Assembly: GCA_965247095.1 (NCBI GenBank) | Contig: OZ251997.1 | Location: forward strand, 1,888,001-1,952,000 | Direction: 5' to 3' | Origin: Candidatus Multivorans sp. | GTDB lineage: Bacteria > Acidobacteriota > Thermoanaerobaculia > Multivoradales > Multivoraceae | DNA length: 64,000 bases | Part shown: positions 45,795-55,078 of the stretch, one piece after another | Layout of the letters: each line of letters opens with the position of its first letter | Numbering within the stretch: the stretch's first letter is position 1 | Translations under genes and position numbers: made by a program | The notes under the pieces: model-generated | What the model was told of the DNA's origin: nothing | Databases searched by the model: none | Seen by the model: only the letters and a program-made list of their open reading frames with translations

Positions 45795-48209
45795 ATGCAG
45801 GAGCAACCGTTCCGCGCCTGGTTGAGAGATGTCCGAGAACAGGTGGAGGGAAGCATCGCTACGCGACTCGCCGACTGCAGCCTGGTCGAGAGACACGAAG
45901 GCGATCTGGACGCCCATTGGAACGCGGACGGGCTAAGGGGGTTGCTTGACCGGCTCACGTACTCCAGGGAAGACGAACGAAACGGCAGATCTCCGGGGCA
46001 CAACGTCCCGACCAAGGGCGACCTCTACAACAACAGCGCAACGTTCAAGGCGGCCGTGAATCTCTACCGCAAGTTCCTCGACGCCCGAGGCGACGAGGGC
46101 GCGGAAGGCTCCGTTGCCCACTGCGAACGATGGGATCGGTACCTGGAGGAGGTGCGGCGCTACGTCGAGAGCGGGAAGCTGGACCGGGAGGAGATCGACT
46201 ACAAGTCGAGGATCGCCGCGAAGCTCACGAGCGCGCGAAACGCAGTGCTCGCCGGTGACGAAGACTGGTCCGATCTACTGAAGGAAGCGATCCTGGATCC
46301 AAGCAACAACCTCATTGACTTCCGGTTCGGCAAGCCAAGGCTTCGGGACTGGCTTGAGACGCAGGCTGAAGAGGCGTTCGGCGCACTAGCGGGGCTCTGG
46401 TCCGGCGAGGACATCTCGCTGGAAGACCGGATTCGCAGCTTCACCGAGAGCTTTCCGACCGACGTACTCTCTGGCACGGGGACGCGCTTGCGCGTGATCT
46501 CCGTGCTCTTGATGGCCCTCGACGCCCACCTCTACCCACCCTACAAGTTCAAGGAGTACCACAGTGCTTTCGCCCGCACCGGGCACCCGGTGCCACCTGC
46601 GGTCAACGACGAAGCCTCTCAGTACGAGCACGCCCTCGTCTTCCTGGACAAGATCATCGAGCGCGCTCGCCTAGCGGGACTCAAACGACCGAAGGACCGC
46701 CTTGAAGCGCAGTCGGTCCTGTTCGCGGTCGCCGGAGGCAGAGGAGCTGCCCCAAAGCCAGCGGACGATCGGCCTTGCTGGTTCGTGGGCGCTTCCTGGG
46801 ATGCAGGCGATCAGACGGATCGTTTCATCCGAGAGGGAATCTGGCAGAACGGCTACGAGGAGAAGTACCTGGACTATGTCAAGTCGATAGAGCCCGGGGA
46901 CCGAATTGCCATCAAGGCCACCTTCGTGAAGAAGCACGGTCTCCCCTTCGACAACAGGAGTGAAGACACCTCCACCATGGCGATCAAGGCGACCGGTGTC
47001 GTGACCGAGAACATGGGAGACGGTCGCAATCTCCGTGTGGACTGGACGCCCGCGAAACCCAGCCGCGAGTGGTACTTCTACACGTATCAGCCGACGGTCT
47101 GGAAAGTCACGCGCGATTCGGGCTGGCAGGCAGCCGCCTTGATCGATTTCACTTTCGACGGGGCGGAACAGGACCACAAGGAGTTCCTGCGCCACCGGTT
47201 CCCCGAACGCTACGCGGACGACGATCCCAACAATGACCGAACGGATTCGGACGTAGTTCGCAGCCCGGCAGAGGTCGATGTCTCGGATCTCGCCATCGAA
47301 CTCCTGTACGAACCGGGGGTTCTTCAGAACATCACGAACCTCCTGGACGACAAGCGCCAAGTCATCTTCCAGGGGCCACCCGGCACGGGGAAAACGTACG
47401 CTGCGCGCGAGCTGGCCACCTTCCTTGCAGGATCCAATGGCCAGGTCACCCTCGTCCAGTTCCACCCCTCCTACGCCTACGAGGACTTCGTGCAGGGTTA
47501 CCGGCCGACTCTGACCGCCGGTCAGGCCGGCTTTGAACTGCGCGACGGCCCGCTGGTTGCAGCGGCAGCGGCCGCCCGGACAGAGCCGGACGCCCTGCAC
47601 TTCCTGATCATCGACGAGATCAACCGGGGCAACTTGGCCAAGGTGTTCGGCGAGCTGTACTTCCTGCTCGAGTACCGCGACGAAGACATGAGGCTCCAGT
47701 ACGCCTCCACCGAGGACGAGCCGTTCAGTCTGCCCGAGAATCTCTACATCATCGGCACGATGAACACGGCCGACCGCTCGATCGCCCTGGTCGACCTGGC
47801 GCTGCGCCGACGATTCCACTTCGTCGAGTTCCATCCCGACAAGGAGCCGGTCGAGGGATTGCTCGGCCGGTGGTTGGAAAGGAACGCGCCCGAGATGGCT
47901 TGGGTGGCGGACGTCATGAGGCGAGCGAACAGCAAGCTGGATGACCGACAGGCAGCCATCGGGCCGAGCTACTTCATGAAGGAGGATCTCAACGAGGAGA
48001 AGGTCCGGCTGATCTGGGAGCACAACGTCCTGCCGTATGTGGAGGAACATCTCTACGGCGAGCCCGACCGGCTTGCCGATTTCGACCTCGGCAAGCTGCG
48101 GCGTGCAACAGAGTCCGCCGCTTCTGCCGCGGCCTCGGACAGCCGTGAAGCACCCGGAGAGCCTGACGGCGACGGGCAAGACGAAGAAGCCGCCGATGCG
48201 GGATCTTGA
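45795..48209 (+). CDS. mcrB: McrB-like AAA+ GTPase with extended multi-domain N-terminus
   Basis: GPPGTGKT, VQFHPSYAYEDFV, IIDEINRGN, GTMNTADRS (NxxD), ALRRRF; AGGAGG RBS. Confidence 0.92.
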   Translation: MQEQPFRAWLRDVREQVEGSIATRLADCSLVERHEGDLDAHWNADGLRGLLDRLTYSREDERNGRSPGHNVPTKGDLYNNSATFKAAVNLYRKFLDARGDEGAEGSVAHCERWDRYLEEVRRYVESGKLDREEIDYKSRIAAKLTSARNAVLAGDEDWSDLLKEAILDPSNNLIDFRFGKPRLRDWLETQAEEAFGALAGLWSGEDISLEDRIRSFTESFPTDVLSGTGTRLRVISVLLMALDAHLYPPYKFKEYHSAFARTGHPVPPAVNDEASQYEHALVFLDKIIERARLAGLKRPKDRLEAQSVLFAVAGGRGAAPKPADDRPCWFVGASWDAGDQTDRFIREGIWQNGYEEKYLDYVKSIEPGDRIAIKATFVKKHGLPFDNRSEDTSTMAIKATGVVTENMGDGRNLRVDWTPAKPSREWYFYTYQPTVWKVTRDSGWQAAALIDFTFDGAEQDHKEFLRHRFPERYADDDPNNDRTDSDVVRSPAEVDVSDLAIELLYEPGVLQNITNLLDDKRQVIFQGPPGTGKTYAARELATFLAGSNGQVTLVQFHPSYAYEDFVQGYRPTLTAGQAGFELRDGPLVAAAAAARTEPDALHFLIIDEINRGNLAKVFGELYFLLEYRDEDMRLQYASTEDEPFSLPENLYIIGTMNTADRSIALVDLALRRRFHFVEFHPDKEPVEGLLGRWLERNAPEMAWVADVMRRANSKLDDRQAAIGPSYFMKEDLNEEKVRLIWEHNVLPYVEEHLYGEPDRLADFDLGKLRRATESAASAAASDSREAPGEPDGDGQDEEAADAGS

Positions 48210-49416
48210 TCTCCGCGAGTGGACACCAACCGAAGAGCCGGTGTCACTCTCGGTCAAGGAACGCGACCAACTGAGGCCCGTCCTCGCGAGCATCGAACCC
48301 GCTCCCGGGACGAGCGACGCGTACTACCTCAGGCCAGGTTCCAAGGTCGGCGCGCTTGAGATCGGCGATCTCTCCGTCTCCATCGAACCCAAACTACCCA
48401 TCGGCCGCGTGCTCTACCTGGCGTCCTACGCCATGGGCGTCGATTTCCGGGAGGAGCGTTTCGACTACGTGAGGCAACCGACGCTGGTCGAGGCTCTGGT
48501 CCCGGCGCTCACCCGCGCCGCCCGACGCGCCTTTGCCCGCGGACTCCTCCACGGCTACCGGACCGAAGAAGAAGCGCTGCACACGGTCCGTGGACGCATC
48601 CGCGTCGCCGATCAGCTCCGCCGCAGGTTCGGCGTACCTCTCCCGGTCGAGGTCCGCTACGACGACTTCACCGACGACGTGCTCGCCAACCAACTCGTCA
48701 AGGCCGCAGCCGACCACCTCGGCAAGCTCCGCATCCGCTCACAACGTTCCCGGCGTGATCTCGCCTGGGTCGCCGCGACCCTGGACAACGTGAGCCTGGT
48801 CGAGTTCCCGACAAACACCATCCCCGAGGTCAAGTTCGACCGGCTGAACGAGCACTACCGGGAAGTCGTGACCCTGGCACGGCTGATCCTCCGCTGCACG
48901 TCCATCGAGACCGGGCGCGGTCGAGTGCGAGCGAACGCCTTCCTGATGGATATGAACAAAGTGTTCCAGGAGTTCGTGATGCGGGCTCTGCGCAAAGAAC
49001 TGCGACTCACCGAATCGACGTTCCCGTCCGACAGGAAGCTGTCGAGGAGGGTCTTCCTGGACGAAGGCAGAGAGTTCGGGCTTGAGCCCGACCTCTCCTG
49101 GTGGGACGGCACAACCTGTACGTTCGTCGGCGACGCGAAGTACAAGCGGGTCAAGAACGAGCGAGTCCCCAACGCCGATCTCTACCAGCTACTCGCCTAC
49201 ACCACCGCCCTCGACCTTCCCGGCGGTCTGCTGATCTACGCGGAAGGCGAACCGGGGAGTACGGTCCATCAAGTCCTCCACGCCGGCAAGCGTCTGGAAG
49301 TCGCGACGATCGACCTGTCTGGTTCAATCAGCGAGCTTCATGGCGAGATCAGCAAGTTGGCTGGCCGCGTTGAAGTCCTCCAGCGTCAGGCGGCAACTCA
49401 CAGGCAGGCGGCCTGA
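48196..49416 (+). CDS. mcrC: McrC-like PD-(D/E)xK nuclease
   Basis: RGLLHGY...VRGRI, F.MDMNKVFQEFV, EPDL...GDAKYK, DLYQLLAY; overlaps the mcrB end. Confidence 0.9.
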   Translation: MRDLDLREWTPTEEPVSLSVKERDQLRPVLASIEPAPGTSDAYYLRPGSKVGALEIGDLSVSIEPKLPIGRVLYLASYAMGVDFREERFDYVRQPTLVEALVPALTRAARRAFARGLLHGYRTEEEALHTVRGRIRVADQLRRRFGVPLPVEVRYDDFTDDVLANQLVKAAADHLGKLRIRSQRSRRDLAWVAATLDNVSLVEFPTNTIPEVKFDRLNEHYREVVTLARLILRCTSIETGRGRVRANAFLMDMNKVFQEFVMRALRKELRLTESTFPSDRKLSRRVFLDEGREFGLEPDLSWWDGTTCTFVGDAKYKRVKNERVPNADLYQLLAYTTALDLPGGLLIYAEGEPGSTVHQVLHAGKRLEVATIDLSGSISELHGEISKLAGRVEVLQRQAATHRQAA

Positions 49417-49494
49417 GGCTGATCCACGCAGCGAGCGGGCTAGCCGTCCGGGGGTAAAGGCCTGCCCCCGCTCTACGCGAAGGCTCCTCTTCTC

Positions 49495-49524
49495 TTGACA
49501 CGCCTCATCGCCCTCGCCTATCCT
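49495..49524 (+). promoter_or_regulatory. Sigma70-like promoter of the DUF3800 unit
   Basis: TTGACA-18bp-TATCCT. Confidence 0.7.
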
Positions 49525-49530
49525 CCTCCC

Positions 49531-49590
49531 TGAGGCGCAAGGCTCTGCCTTACCCTCCTTCCGAGGCCCACGCTACGGCGTGGGCTTTCG
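49531..49590 (+). ncRNA. Putative DUF3800-associated structured RNA: bulged hairpin plus terminator-like hairpin
   Basis: GAGG-C-GCAAGGC-TCT-GCCTTAC-CCTC (49532-49557), then AGGCCCACGC-TACG-GCGTGGGCTT (49564-49587). Confidence 0.55.
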
Positions 49591-49607
49591 TGCATCCTGG
49601 GAGTCCT

Positions 49608-50408
49608 GTGACCTTCCTAGCCTACCTTGACGAGTTCGGGCATATCGGTCCCTACGTCAGTCGCGGGGACCGCAGATACAAGAGCAGCCCGGTGTTCGGG
49701 TTCGCCGGCTACGTCCTTCCCGCAGATCAGGTGCGAGGATTCGGGACTTGGTTCTTCCAACGCAAGTGCGAACTCCTGGACTTCGAGATTCGGCGCTCCG
49801 GCCGACACCCCGCATTATGGGAGAAGAAAGGTGCCAGCCTCTACACCGTGACGAACGTCACGAAGTACCGGCAACTCCGGCTCTTCACGAACCGCCTCTT
49901 CAACAAGATCGCGAGACTAGGTGGCTTCGTACTCTACGTCGGCGTTGAGAAGACCGAGCCTCACACACAGCACGACTCGAAGGACCTGTACGTTCGCGTC
50001 CTTCTTGAGGCAATCAAGCGAATCGACCAGTTCTGCATGGATGACCGCAGGCCGCCGGACAACTTTCTGCTAGCTCTGGACGAACACGAGCAGCGTTCTG
50101 ACCTGCTCACCCAGGTATCGCAAGCGATGTACGGGGGAACATCACCTCGGCGCCGGCTAGTCGAACCGCCATTCCACCTGGAGAGTCACCGCTATCAGAC
50201 CGTACAAGCCGCGGACTGGATATGCGGGCTGGTCGGGCGTCTGGGAGCATTCTGGGCAGATCCCGAAGGCTACCCCGAGAACGAACTGTTCTTCCGCTAC
50301 TTCGGGCACCGCCTCAACCAGGTCAGCCGGCGCAGTGGAATTCGCATCGCCGTGGCTCAGCCAGGAAGCAGCTCCGCCGTTCAACGCCTTGCCAATGGCC
50401 AAACCTAA
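49608..50408 (+). CDS. DUF3800-like protein (RNase H-like fold)
   Basis: N-terminal YLDEFG, WEKKG, C-terminal ESH...VQAADWICGL; GGGAG RBS before GTG. Confidence 0.82.
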   Translation: MTFLAYLDEFGHIGPYVSRGDRRYKSSPVFGFAGYVLPADQVRGFGTWFFQRKCELLDFEIRRSGRHPALWEKKGASLYTVTNVTKYRQLRLFTNRLFNKIARLGGFVLYVGVEKTEPHTQHDSKDLYVRVLLEAIKRIDQFCMDDRRPPDNFLLALDEHEQRSDLLTQVSQAMYGGTSPRRRLVEPPFHLESHRYQTVQAADWICGLVGRLGAFWADPEGYPENELFFRYFGHRLNQVSRRSGIRIAVAQPGSSSAVQRLANGQT

Positions 50409-50450
50409 CGTGGTAGCGGCATGTGGCAACGTCCTGTCGTGAAGGAACAC

Positions 50451-51194
50451 ATGCGCCAACTCACCGACTACCGCGTTCTGACGTTTGACTGCTACGGCAC
50501 CCTGATCGACTGGGAAACCGGGATCTGGGACGCGTTGCAGCCGCTGATCATGCGGAACCGGGGCGCCGAGGTCACCCGCGAGGCCGCGCTGCTTGCGTTC
50601 GGGCAGGGCGAGAGCCTTCAGGAGCAGGAGACGCCCGGGTTGCTCTACCCCGAGCTGCTGGCTCGCGTGCATCGGCGCATCGCGGACAGCCTCGGCATGC
50701 AATCCGACCCGCAGCTCGACGAGGTGTTCGGCGCCTCGGTGCCGGACTGGCCGGCGTTTCCGGACACCGCGGACGCGTTGCGGGTCCTCAAGCGGCACTT
50801 CCGGCTGGTCATCCTGTCCAACGTGCACCGGGACGGCATCGCGGGGTCGAACCGCAAGCTCGGGGTCGAGTTCGACGCGATCTACACGGCCGAGGACATC
50901 GGCTCCTACAAGCCGGCCGACGCGAACTTCGAGTACTTGCTCGCCCATCTCGCGTCCGACTTCGGGCTCGACCGATCGAATGTCCTGCACACCGCGCAGA
51001 GCCTGCACCATGACCATGTGCCGGCGAACCGGTTCGGACTCGCCAACGCCTGGATCGACCGGCAGCGCCTGTCCGAGGGCGGGAGTTGGGGCGCTACGGA
51101 CCGCGTCCAGACGATGCCGACCACCGATTTCGTGTTCTTCTCGATGGGCGAGATGGCGGAAGCCGTAGCGGAGTGCGCGAACGCCGAGACCTGA
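50451..51194 (+). CDS. HAD-superfamily hydrolase (haloacid dehalogenase type II-like)
   Basis: TFDCYGTLIDWE, LSN, SYKP, HTAQSLHHDH. Confidence 0.9.
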   Translation: MRQLTDYRVLTFDCYGTLIDWETGIWDALQPLIMRNRGAEVTREAALLAFGQGESLQEQETPGLLYPELLARVHRRIADSLGMQSDPQLDEVFGASVPDWPAFPDTADALRVLKRHFRLVILSNVHRDGIAGSNRKLGVEFDAIYTAEDIGSYKPADANFEYLLAHLASDFGLDRSNVLHTAQSLHHDHVPANRFGLANAWIDRQRLSEGGSWGATDRVQTMPTTDFVFFSMGEMAEAVAECANAET

Positions 51195-51197
51195 CGC

Positions 51198-52742
51198 TCA
51201 CGCAACCTCTGAGCCCCCGTCCTCCTCCACCGTCAGCCGGTACTTCGCCGCGGCAAGGAGGCTCGCTTCCTGGCGCAGGTCCGCACGGGTCAGCGGGGAG
51301 ATCTCGAGCCAGGCATCCGGCAGCGCCAGGCGCAGGTCCCGGCCGTCGACGTCGAGCCGGACCGCGAGCGGTTCTGTGCGGCGACTCCGGTGGAGCACCA
51401 CGGCAAGGCGGAGCAGGACGGCGAGGCGCCGCGCGGTCTGACGCCAACCGGAGGGCAGGCGGTCGAAGACCTGGCGCGGGAACTTGCGGCGGTGGCAACG
51501 GATCAGAGAAGCCAGCAGCAGGTGCTCCTGGAGCGAAAAGCCGTGCATCTCCGCGTTCTCGACGATGTAGGCGCCGTGCTTGTGGAAGCCGGCGTGGTTG
51601 ATGTCGAGGCCGACCTCGTGCAACTGCGCGCCCCACGACAGCATGAGCCGGGGAAGCTCTCCCGTCAGGTTCCACTGCTCGGCGCACTGCCCGAGGAGCT
51701 GCAGGGCGGTCTCCCGGACCCGCTCGGCCTGATCCGGCTGCACGTGGTAGCGCCGGGCCATCGACTCGACGGCGGCGTGCCGCGTGTCCTCGTGGTGAAG
51801 TCGACCGAGGAGATCGTAGAGCGCGCCCTCGCGCAGGGCGCCGCCCGCGACTCGCATGCGCTCGATGCCGAGCGCCTTGAAGGTGGCGAGGAGCACGGCG
51901 GCGCCGCCCGCGAACACCGGCGCCCGGCCCTCGCTCAAGCCCTTGATACCGCCATTCATGGTCGTGCCGCGTTCGATCAGCAACTCGCGAAGCCGCAGCA
52001 GCGCCTCCAGGGTGATCCCCTCCTCGCACCAGCCCGCCGCCTGGACAACCGCCGCCACGGAGCGCACGGTGCCCGAGGAGCCGACCGCCGACTCCCAGCC
52101 GGCGCCGAAGCGGAATCGGTGCTCGACCGGCGCCAGCTCCACCAGCGCCGCCGTCTCGGCCCGCCGCCAGCGCTTCTCCTTCACCCGGCCGTTCGGGAAG
52201 TAGCGCAGGCTGCTGCTGACACAGCCCATGTACAGGCTCTCGAGGTCCAGCGGCTGCGAGCCCTCGCCGATGATCAGCTCCGTCGACCCGCCGCCGATGT
52301 CCACGGCGAGACGCCGTTCGTCGCCGGCCAGACTCCTCGAGACGCCGAGGTAGATGAGCCGCGCTTCCTCCAGGCCCGAGATGATCTCGACGGGATGACC
52401 CAGCGAGCGCTGCGCCGCCTCCAGCAGATCGCGCGCGTTGCGGGCGAGGCGGAGAGTGTTCGTGCCCACGACGCGGACCGTCCCCAGCGGAAGGCCGCGT
52501 ACCCGCTCACCGAACCGGTCGAGACAGTCGAGCGCCCGCGCCGACGCTTCCGGGGTCAGGCGTTTGCGCTCGTCGAGCCCGGCGGCCAGACGCACGAACT
52601 CCTTCCGGCGATCGACGAACACGAGTTGGCCGCCCCGAACCTCCGCCACCACCAAGTGGAAACTGTTCGAGCCGAGGTCGGCCGCGGCAACCACCTCCGC
52701 GTCGGCCTGCGGTCGCTCTGACTGGGCCCCGGAATCGTCCAT
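51198..52742 (-). CDS. ppx: Exopolyphosphatase / Ppx-GppA family
   Basis: DLGSNSFHL, ISGLEEARLIYLG, DIGGGSTE, GSSGT, ALREG, LHEVG (HD-like). Confidence 0.92.
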   Translation of the reverse strand: MDDSGAQSERPQADAEVVAAADLGSNSFHLVVAEVRGGQLVFVDRRKEFVRLAAGLDERKRLTPEASARALDCLDRFGERVRGLPLGTVRVVGTNTLRLARNARDLLEAAQRSLGHPVEIISGLEEARLIYLGVSRSLAGDERRLAVDIGGGSTELIIGEGSQPLDLESLYMGCVSSSLRYFPNGRVKEKRWRRAETAALVELAPVEHRFRFGAGWESAVGSSGTVRSVAAVVQAAGWCEEGITLEALLRLRELLIERGTTMNGGIKGLSEGRAPVFAGGAAVLLATFKALGIERMRVAGGALREGALYDLLGRLHHEDTRHAAVESMARRYHVQPDQAERVRETALQLLGQCAEQWNLTGELPRLMLSWGAQLHEVGLDINHAGFHKHGAYIVENAEMHGFSLQEHLLLASLIRCHRRKFPRQVFDRLPSGWRQTARRLAVLLRLAVVLHRSRRTEPLAVRLDVDGRDLRLALPDAWLEISPLTRADLRQEASLLAAAKYRLTVEEDGGSEVA

Positions 52743-52768
52743 CGAGCGCCAAGTATGATCGCCCGGCC

Positions 52769-53809
52769 ATGAACGCCCCCGTGGACCTCCGATCCGACAC
52801 ACTGACCCGGCCGTCCCCGGCCATGCGCAAGGCGATGGCCGCGGCGGAAGTCGGCGACGACGTCTTCCGGGAGGATCCGACGGTCAACCGACTCCAGGAG
52901 CGTGTCGCCGGGATGCTCGAACGGGAGGCGGCCATCTTCGTTCCCTCCGGCACCCAGGGCAACCTGTCGTGCCTGCTCGCGCACGAACTGCCGCGGGGCA
53001 GCGAAGTGCTGCTCGAGGCGAACGCGCACATCATCAACCACGAGATGAACGGGATCACCGGAGTCGCCGGCTTGCTGCCGCGCGCTGTCCCGGCGGCGGC
53101 CAACGGCACTCTTCTGCCCGCCGAGGTCGAGGCCGCGATCGCGCCAGACGACCCGACCCTGGCCCCGACGCGGCTGCTCTGCCTGGAGAACAGTTGCAAC
53201 CAGGCCGGCGGCACGATCTACAACCGGGACCGCACCCGGGCCCTCTGCGACACGGCCCACAGCCACGGTCTGCGGGTCCACCTCGACGGCGCCCGGCTGT
53301 TCAACGCCGCGACCGCGCTCGGCTGCACGCCGGCCGAAGCCGCCGGACCGGTCGACTCCCTCTCCTTCTGCTTTTCGAAGGGGTTGGGCGCGCCGGTCGG
53401 CTCCATCGTCGTCGGTTCCCGCGACTTCGTCCAGAACGCCCGCCGCTACCGGCAGATGTGCGGCGGCCAGATGCGCCAGGTCGGCGTGCTCGCGGCGGCG
53501 GCGGAAGTCGCCCTCGACGAGAGCCCGCCCCTCCTCGTTCAGGATCACGAGAACGCCCGTCTGCTCGCGGACACCTTGAACGACCTTCCCGGCGTCGCCC
53601 TGATCGCCGAGCAGCGCACGAACATCCTCGTCTTCTCGGTCGAGGGCACGGGCCGAAGCGCGGTGGCATGCGCCGAGGCCCTGGAACGCGAGAATGTGCT
53701 GTGCTTGGCGGTGAGCCCGACCCACATCCGGCTGGTGACGCACCGCGACGTGAGTCCGGAGCAGACGGCGCAGGCGGCCGAGGCCCTGACCCGGGTGTTC
53801 GGTGGATAA
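52769..53809 (+). CDS. ltaE: Low-specificity L-threonine aldolase
   Basis: DLRSDTLTRP, GDDVFREDPT, SGTQGN, HLDGARLFNA, FSKGLGAP. Confidence 0.92.
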   Translation: MNAPVDLRSDTLTRPSPAMRKAMAAAEVGDDVFREDPTVNRLQERVAGMLEREAAIFVPSGTQGNLSCLLAHELPRGSEVLLEANAHIINHEMNGITGVAGLLPRAVPAAANGTLLPAEVEAAIAPDDPTLAPTRLLCLENSCNQAGGTIYNRDRTRALCDTAHSHGLRVHLDGARLFNAATALGCTPAEAAGPVDSLSFCFSKGLGAPVGSIVVGSRDFVQNARRYRQMCGGQMRQVGVLAAAAEVALDESPPLLVQDHENARLLADTLNDLPGVALIAEQRTNILVFSVEGTGRSAVACAEALERENVLCLAVSPTHIRLVTHRDVSPEQTAQAAEALTRVFGG

Positions 53810-54278
53810 AGAGCGCGGCCTCGTCGACGTCAGGCCGTTCGACGAACTGAAGATCGGCGAGAGCTTCCCACTTCCAAGCCGTACCGTCACCGAAGCGCAC
53901 TTCGCGGCGTTCCAGGCGATCTCGGGCGACAACCACCCCATCCACTACGACATCGAGTACTGCCGCTCCCAGGGCCACAGCGGGATGCTCGCCCACGGCC
54001 TCCAGGTGCTCTGCTACAGCGCCGCTGGGGCCGGCACGTTCGCCGACGTGATCGGCCGCGCCATGGTCGGTTACATCGACCAGTCATGCCGCTTCCTCAA
54101 GCCGGTGTATCCGGGCGACACGCTGTATCCGACGCTTCACATCGCGGAGCTCAGGCGTCAGCGCACGACGGGCGTGGTCGTGCTCGAGAGCGTGATCGAG
54201 AACCAGCGCGGCGAGCGGGTGCTCGAGGGCCGGCAGAGCTACCTGGTGCGGCTGGAGGGCGAAGCGGCCTCCGACTGA
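53802..54278 (+). CDS. MaoC family dehydratase
   Basis: SGDNHPIHYD, AHG, FLKPVYPGDTL. Confidence 0.9.
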   Translation: MDKERGLVDVRPFDELKIGESFPLPSRTVTEAHFAAFQAISGDNHPIHYDIEYCRSQGHSGMLAHGLQVLCYSAAGAGTFADVIGRAMVGYIDQSCRFLKPVYPGDTLYPTLHIAELRRQRTTGVVVLESVIENQRGERVLEGRQSYLVRLEGEAASD

Positions 54279-55078
54279 GTCAGCGGTTCGAAGTCGAAGA
54301 CGGTCGACGCGGCGCCGGGCAGAGGCACCGCCTCGACGCGGAACACGCGCCGCACAAGCTCCGGCGCCAGGACCTCGGAGGGCGGGCCCTCGGCGACCAG
54401 GGCGCCGCCGTCGAGCACGGCCACCCGATCGGCGAAGCGGGCGGCGGCGTTCAGGTCGTGGAGAACGAGCACGACCGAGCGCCCCTCGTTGACGAGCCGG
54501 CGGGCGAGACCCAGAAGGTCCAGGCCGTGGGCCAGGTCGAGGTTCGAGGTCGGTTCGTCGAGCAGCAGGACCTCCGCTTCGGTGGCCAGACAGCGAGCCA
54601 TCAGCACCCGCTGCAACTCGCCCCCGGAGAGCGTCGTCACCCGGCGTTCGGCGAGCCCCAGCACATCCGTATCGTCCAGGCAGCGGTCGATCCAGCCATG
54701 GTCGGCGGAGCGGGTGCCGAAGAGCCGGCTCTCGTGCGGGTAGCGACCGAGGGTGACGAACTCGCGCACCGTGAACTCGAACGACGGGCGCACCGACTGC
54801 GGCACGTAGGCCACCCGCCGGGCCGCCTGCCGCCGCGGCAGCTCCGCCATATCGAAGCCGCCCAACAGCACGCGCCCCTCGGTCAGCCGCCAGGTGCCGC
54901 TCAACAGCCGCAGCAGGGTCGACTTGCCGGCCCCGTTCGGGCCCACGACCGAGGTCAGCATGGACGGTTCGATGACGAGATCGATGCCCCGCAGCAGCCA
55001 GCGGCCCCGGCGCTCGACGCCGCCGCCCACGAGTTCCAGCCGCGGCGCCCTGCGCGCCGACCCCGGCGCCGCCGTCAC
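54239..55078 (-). CDS. Iron-chelate/cobalamin ABC transporter ATP-binding protein
   Basis: GPNGAGKS, LSGGELQR, LLLDEPTSNLD, LHDLN. Confidence 0.9.
   Translation of the reverse strand: MTAAPGSARRAPRLELVGGGVERRGRWLLRGIDLVIEPSMLTSVVGPNGAGKSTLLRLLSGTWRLTEGRVLLGGFDMAELPRRQAARRVAYVPQSVRPSFEFTVREFVTLGRYPHESRLFGTRSADHGWIDRCLDDTDVLGLAERRVTTLSGGELQRVLMARCLATEAEVLLLDEPTSNLDLAHGLDLLGLARRLVNEGRSVVLVLHDLNAAARFADRVAVLDGGALVAEGPPSEVLAPELVRRVFRVEAVPLPGAASTVFDFEPLTQSEAASPSSRTR

Noticed and set aside
49448-49478. Hairpin CGGGGG...CCCCCG after mcrC, resembling a GTAG-type REP on the minus strand
   Set aside because: Single imperfect copy in the window; cannot distinguish REP from terminator.
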